Shown here in pieces: positions 55,214-58,499 of a stretch of DNA of 58,499 bases (positions are counted from its first letter, which is position 1; each line of letters opens with the position of its first letter). The notes beneath the pieces are model-generated. The model saw only the letters and a program-made list of their open reading frames with translations. It searched no databases and had not been told where the DNA came from. Where the stretch lies: the IMG/VR virus record IMGVR_UViG_3300046011_001509, positions 1 through 58,499 of that record. One strand, 5' to 3'. Position numbers and translations under genes: made by a program. Source of the DNA: a virus. Lineage: Duplodnaviria; Caudoviricetes.

Positions 55214-55666
55214 ATGGGAACAAGAGCGCGAGTCGGAATCGTCAGGCCAGACGGCAGCATTATCAGCATCTACACCCACTGGGATGGCTACCCAGCGCAC
55301 CATGCACCCATCCTGCTGGGCCACTACGACACCCCTGAGAAGATGGGCGAACTGCTGGCTCTGGGTGACTTGTCTGTGCTGGCCGAAAACATCGGTGAAA
55401 AGCAGGACTTCGATGACCGCGACCACCGCGACTGGTGCAAGTCCTATGGCCGTGACCGTGGCGAAAAAGACTGCAAAGCGAATCTCAGCCCAAGCACCAC
55501 CGCATTTGAGCAATCAGCCCATGACTGCGGAGCAGAGTATGTCTACCTGCTTGATGGTGGGGGGTGGATTTACAGCGAAGTGCCGATGTACGCCACGCAG
55601 TCATTCCACTACGGCGAACTGAAAATTCCGGCTCCACGGCCAGACACCATTAGCGACCCGTATTGA
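55214..55666 (+). CDS. Conserved phage early protein
   Basis: MGTRARVG...SIYTHWDGYP...LALGDLSVL...YGRDRGE...EYVYL. Confidence 0.75.
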   Translation: MGTRARVGIVRPDGSIISIYTHWDGYPAHHAPILLGHYDTPEKMGELLALGDLSVLAENIGEKQDFDDRDHRDWCKSYGRDRGEKDCKANLSPSTTAFEQSAHDCGAEYVYLLDGGGWIYSEVPMYATQSFHYGELKIPAPRPDTISDPY

Positions 55667-55765
55667 TATGAACCGACACCGACTGCTGAATTTCACCCTT
55701 GGGGCTGTGTACATCGCAGCCCTTTTTGTTTTGTACCTTGACGTTTTTATTTTTAGGAGTTAATC

Positions 55766-56758
55766 ATGGCCGCACTACTCGACGAATCAAACAGCCAATT
55801 CAACATCGCCTACGTTGGTGACGTTCCTTGGCATGGCAACGGACAAGCGCTGGAGGCTGGTCAGTCCATCGAAGTCTGGGCGAAAGCCGCAGGCTTGGCA
55901 CACGAAGTCAAGCGCACCATCGTGCAGTTCCACAACGGCAACGAAGTCGCACTCTACGGGGACCGCGAAGTGCTGTACCGCAGCGACACACTGCAACCAC
56001 TGGGTGTGGTCGGCAACAAGTACAAGATCGTTCAGCCTGCACAGGTGTTGGACTTCTTTGCGAAGCTGGCGCAGAACAACCACTTCCAGATTGAGACGGC
56101 TGGATCACTTGCTGGTGGTCGCCGCATCTGGGCATTGGCAAAGGTCAGCGATGGCGCTCCTGTGCTGGGTCAGGATGTGGTCAAGCCTTACGTCCTGCTG
56201 GCTACGTCTTATGACGGTACGTTGGCTACCACTGCCCGGTTCACTACGGTGCGGGTTGTGTGCCAGAACACACTTGGCTATGCCACCGAAGAGGCAGGCG
56301 ACACCGTGAAGGTGCCACACAGCGCAGAGTTCGATGCAGACGCTACCCGCTTGGACTTGGGCATTGCATTCTCTGGCTTCGACAAGTTTTTGTTCGATGC
56401 TCGCAAGCTGGCAAAGCGTGAGGTCAATGAAACCTTTGCGATTGAGTTCCTGAAGCAGTTGCTGCCTGACACCGTGAGCGTGAAGACCGAGAAGGATGGA
56501 CGCCGCACAGTCACCCCTGTACCAGCGGAAGAGACGAAGGCATTCGCCGCCATCTTGGACTTGTTCAAGGGCAATGCGCTGGGTTCAGGATTGCCTGAGT
56601 CCCGTGGTACTGCATGGCAGTTACTCAACAGCGTGACCCAGTACACGGACCACGTTGCAGGACGCAGCGTTGACACCCGCCTGTCATCGGCATGGTTCGG
56701 TCAAGGCAATGCACTGAAGTCTCGGGCAAGGGACCAGTTGCTGGCGGTGGTGGCGTAA
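55766..56758 (+). CDS. DUF932 / phage-plasmid-like protein
   Basis: PWHGNG...ETAGSLAGGRRIWALA...TSYDGT...VRVVCQNT...GTAWQLLNSVT. Confidence 0.88.
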   Translation: MAALLDESNSQFNIAYVGDVPWHGNGQALEAGQSIEVWAKAAGLAHEVKRTIVQFHNGNEVALYGDREVLYRSDTLQPLGVVGNKYKIVQPAQVLDFFAKLAQNNHFQIETAGSLAGGRRIWALAKVSDGAPVLGQDVVKPYVLLATSYDGTLATTARFTTVRVVCQNTLGYATEEAGDTVKVPHSAEFDADATRLDLGIAFSGFDKFLFDARKLAKREVNETFAIEFLKQLLPDTVSVKTEKDGRRTVTPVPAEETKAFAAILDLFKGNALGSGLPESRGTAWQLLNSVTQYTDHVAGRSVDTRLSSAWFGQGNALKSRARDQLLAVVA

Positions 56759-56796
56759 ATCAATGGGGCTTCGGTCCCTTTCCTTTTGGAGGGTCT

Positions 56797-57027
56797 ATGG
56801 AAAGCACTGTCGCAGGCATCCCCTGCATCATCAATGTGACCTACTACTTCAAGCAGGAACCGCTTGGCCCAATGTGTGATAGCGACTTGGATTGCTATGG
56901 ATACACGGAGATTGAGTTTGAAGTCTGCGACAGGCGTGGCAGGCCAGCACCTTGGCTGGAGCGCAAGCTGACGCAGGAAGAGAAAGAGCGCATCGAAACC
57001 GAAATAGAGGAGTATCAAAGTGATTAA
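56797..57027 (+). CDS. Conserved phage protein
   Basis: VAGIPC...EVCDRRGRPAPWLERKLT. Confidence 0.7.
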   Translation: MESTVAGIPCIINVTYYFKQEPLGPMCDSDLDCYGYTEIEFEVCDRRGRPAPWLERKLTQEEKERIETEIEEYQSD

Positions 57028-57292
57028 GCAACTACCAGCCTACCTGCTGTATAGCGAAGACTACAAGGGCAACCCGCAATACATCTTGTCGCTTTGCGAG
57101 TTGAAAGTCGCAGGCTACGTCACCGTCAACCAGCAGCAGTTCGACGTTGAAATTCCAGACGACTTCGATCCCCGCAAGCTTCAAGTGGAGGCGCTGCGCG
57201 AAGAGAAGCAACGCATCAGCGCAGAGTTCGCAAGGCGCTGCACCCAGATTGAAGAGCAGATAAATAAGTTGACTGCCTTGGAGTACACATGA
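57020..57292 (+). CDS. Hypothetical protein
   Basis: SD GAGGAG; C-terminal coiled coil. Confidence 0.65.
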   Translation: MIKQLPAYLLYSEDYKGNPQYILSLCELKVAGYVTVNQQQFDVEIPDDFDPRKLQVEALREEKQRISAEFARRCTQIEEQINKLTALEYT

Positions 57293-57507
57293 CACAAATC
57301 ATCAACAACACAGGTGGCTTCGTAGAGCGCGTCACCATCGACCGGGTTGACGCACTACCCGGGAGTTTTCACATCCATGTGGAGATGCAGTACGCCGACT
57401 CTCGCAACCCTGATGCATGGCGTACCGTCTACCGTACAACATGTGAGCAGTGGGCGCTGGAGTCTTTTGGACGCGAAATCTATGAGGCTGTGGTTCAATC
57501 AGAATAA
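57289..57507 (+). CDS. Hypothetical protein
   Basis: SD GGAG; coupled. Confidence 0.6.
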   Translation: MTQIINNTGGFVERVTIDRVDALPGSFHIHVEMQYADSRNPDAWRTVYRTTCEQWALESFGREIYEAVVQSE

Positions 57508-57517
57508 GGAGTAATTT

Positions 57518-58396
57518 ATGCCGATCAAAGTGTTTTATGACCCCCGTCAGTCCTGCGAATCGGCAAACAGCTACAGCCCATCAGCCGCCAAGCCTGCGAA
57601 GGTTGTGGCTGATTGGTTGAGCGATGAGCGCATTGCTCCACACATCCAAATTGAGACGTTCAACAAGGCCACGGATGATGTCCTGTGTGAAGCGCATGAC
57701 CCGGCGTACATCGCAGGCATCTTGGACGGTTCAATCGACAACGGCTTTGGAAACAATAGCCCAGAGATCGCAGAGTCCCTGCGCTACACCGTAGGCTCTA
57801 TGCTGGCTGCTGCGAAGTACGTCTTGAACAAAGACCTCTTCAATGAAGAGCGCGTTGCTGTGTCTCCGACATCTGGTTTCCATCATGCGGGTCACTCGTT
57901 TGGTGGTGGCTATTGCACGTTGAATGGCTTGGTCATCACGGCGAAACGGCTAAAGACGTTGGGGCTTGTGAACCGTGTGTTAATCCTAGACCTTGACCAA
58001 CACTACGGCAACGGTACACAAGACATCATCGACACGCTGGGGCTTGATTGGATCACCCACATCACGGCAGGCAAGTCGTATGACACGGCAAGAGATGCGC
58101 TATCACATTGCTGGCTTGCGAAGGAGTATGCACCTACCGGACGTAATCCGCATGACCTTTTACTGTATCAGGCTGGTGCTGACATTCATGTGGACGACCC
58201 GCTTGGTGGGCGTATGACGACTCAGCAAATGCAAGAGCGTGACAAAGCCGTGTTCCTTTGTGCATCAGGATATGGGTTGCCATGCGTGTGGAATCTTGCT
58301 GGCGGCTACAAGCGTGATGCACAAGGGACGATTGAGCCAGTGCTTGCACTGCACCGCCAGACCATGCTGGAGTGCATCAAGCAGTATCCGGGGTAA
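57518..58396 (+). CDS. Zn-dependent histone deacetylase (HDAC/AcuC) family amidohydrolase
   Basis: GFHHAG, GGYCTLNG, DLDQHYGNGT, YQAGADIHVDDPLG, LAGGY; SD AAGGAG. Confidence 0.93.
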   Translation: MPIKVFYDPRQSCESANSYSPSAAKPAKVVADWLSDERIAPHIQIETFNKATDDVLCEAHDPAYIAGILDGSIDNGFGNNSPEIAESLRYTVGSMLAAAKYVLNKDLFNEERVAVSPTSGFHHAGHSFGGGYCTLNGLVITAKRLKTLGLVNRVLILDLDQHYGNGTQDIIDTLGLDWITHITAGKSYDTARDALSHCWLAKEYAPTGRNPHDLLLYQAGADIHVDDPLGGRMTTQQMQERDKAVFLCASGYGLPCVWNLAGGYKRDAQGTIEPVLALHRQTMLECIKQYPG

Positions 58397-58499
58397 GGAT
58401 ACACAAATGTGGTATATGCCAGTCGAGATAAGGTGACTAACATTGCCCCTTCAAGAAAATAGGATAAAAATGAAAACAGGAATCTCGTGGGGGGGGGAT
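58372..58499. repeat. Terminal direct repeat / circular overlap, copy 2
   Basis: Matches 1-129 with G9 instead of G10. Confidence 0.97.

Noticed and set aside
58372-58499. Biological fixed terminal repeat (T7-like DTR)
   Set aside because: Begins inside the HDAC coding sequence and has the size of an assembly overlap; cannot be distinguished from a circularisation artefact without read-end data

Overview
The window appears to be one complete, circularly closed temperate phage genome of about 58.37 kb. Bases 1-129 recur at 58372-58499, differing by one G in a poly-G tract. Organisation: (i) immunity region with cI/cro-like divergent genes, then a rightward early/middle operon (NinB, RusA, Q-like, RecT, YqaJ exonuclease, MazG-like, SSB, many small ORFs, Xis, tyrosine integrase); (ii) attP containing the 3' half of tRNA-Cys(GCA); (iii) a leftward late operon of podovirus type (TerS, TerL, a 7-kb accessory structural block, portal, scaffold, N4-gp56-type capsid, tail adaptor/nozzle, Gly-rich fibre, M15 endolysin/holin, ejection proteins) ending in a 3326-aa polyvalent protein; (iv) a replication module with a headless initiator behind a long structured non-coding leader; (v) an early small-gene block ending in a full Zn-dependent HDAC-family deacetylase. 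The strongest candidate for a novel system is the giant, probably virion-ejected polyprotein. It carries a topoisomerase IB catalytic core, ART-like and GNAT-like modules and two HExxH metallopeptidases, separated by a recurring aromatic-x-R linker, and it sits in a genome that also encodes a stand-alone GNAT and an HDAC. Other highlights are an in-frame TGA splitting a conserved motif in a structural gene (possible readthrough), an attenuator/pseudoknot RNA ahead of the replication genes, and a shared operator-like motif over four dispersed promoters. All family assignments come from motif recognition by eye; no database search was run. A betaproteobacterial host is only an inference.
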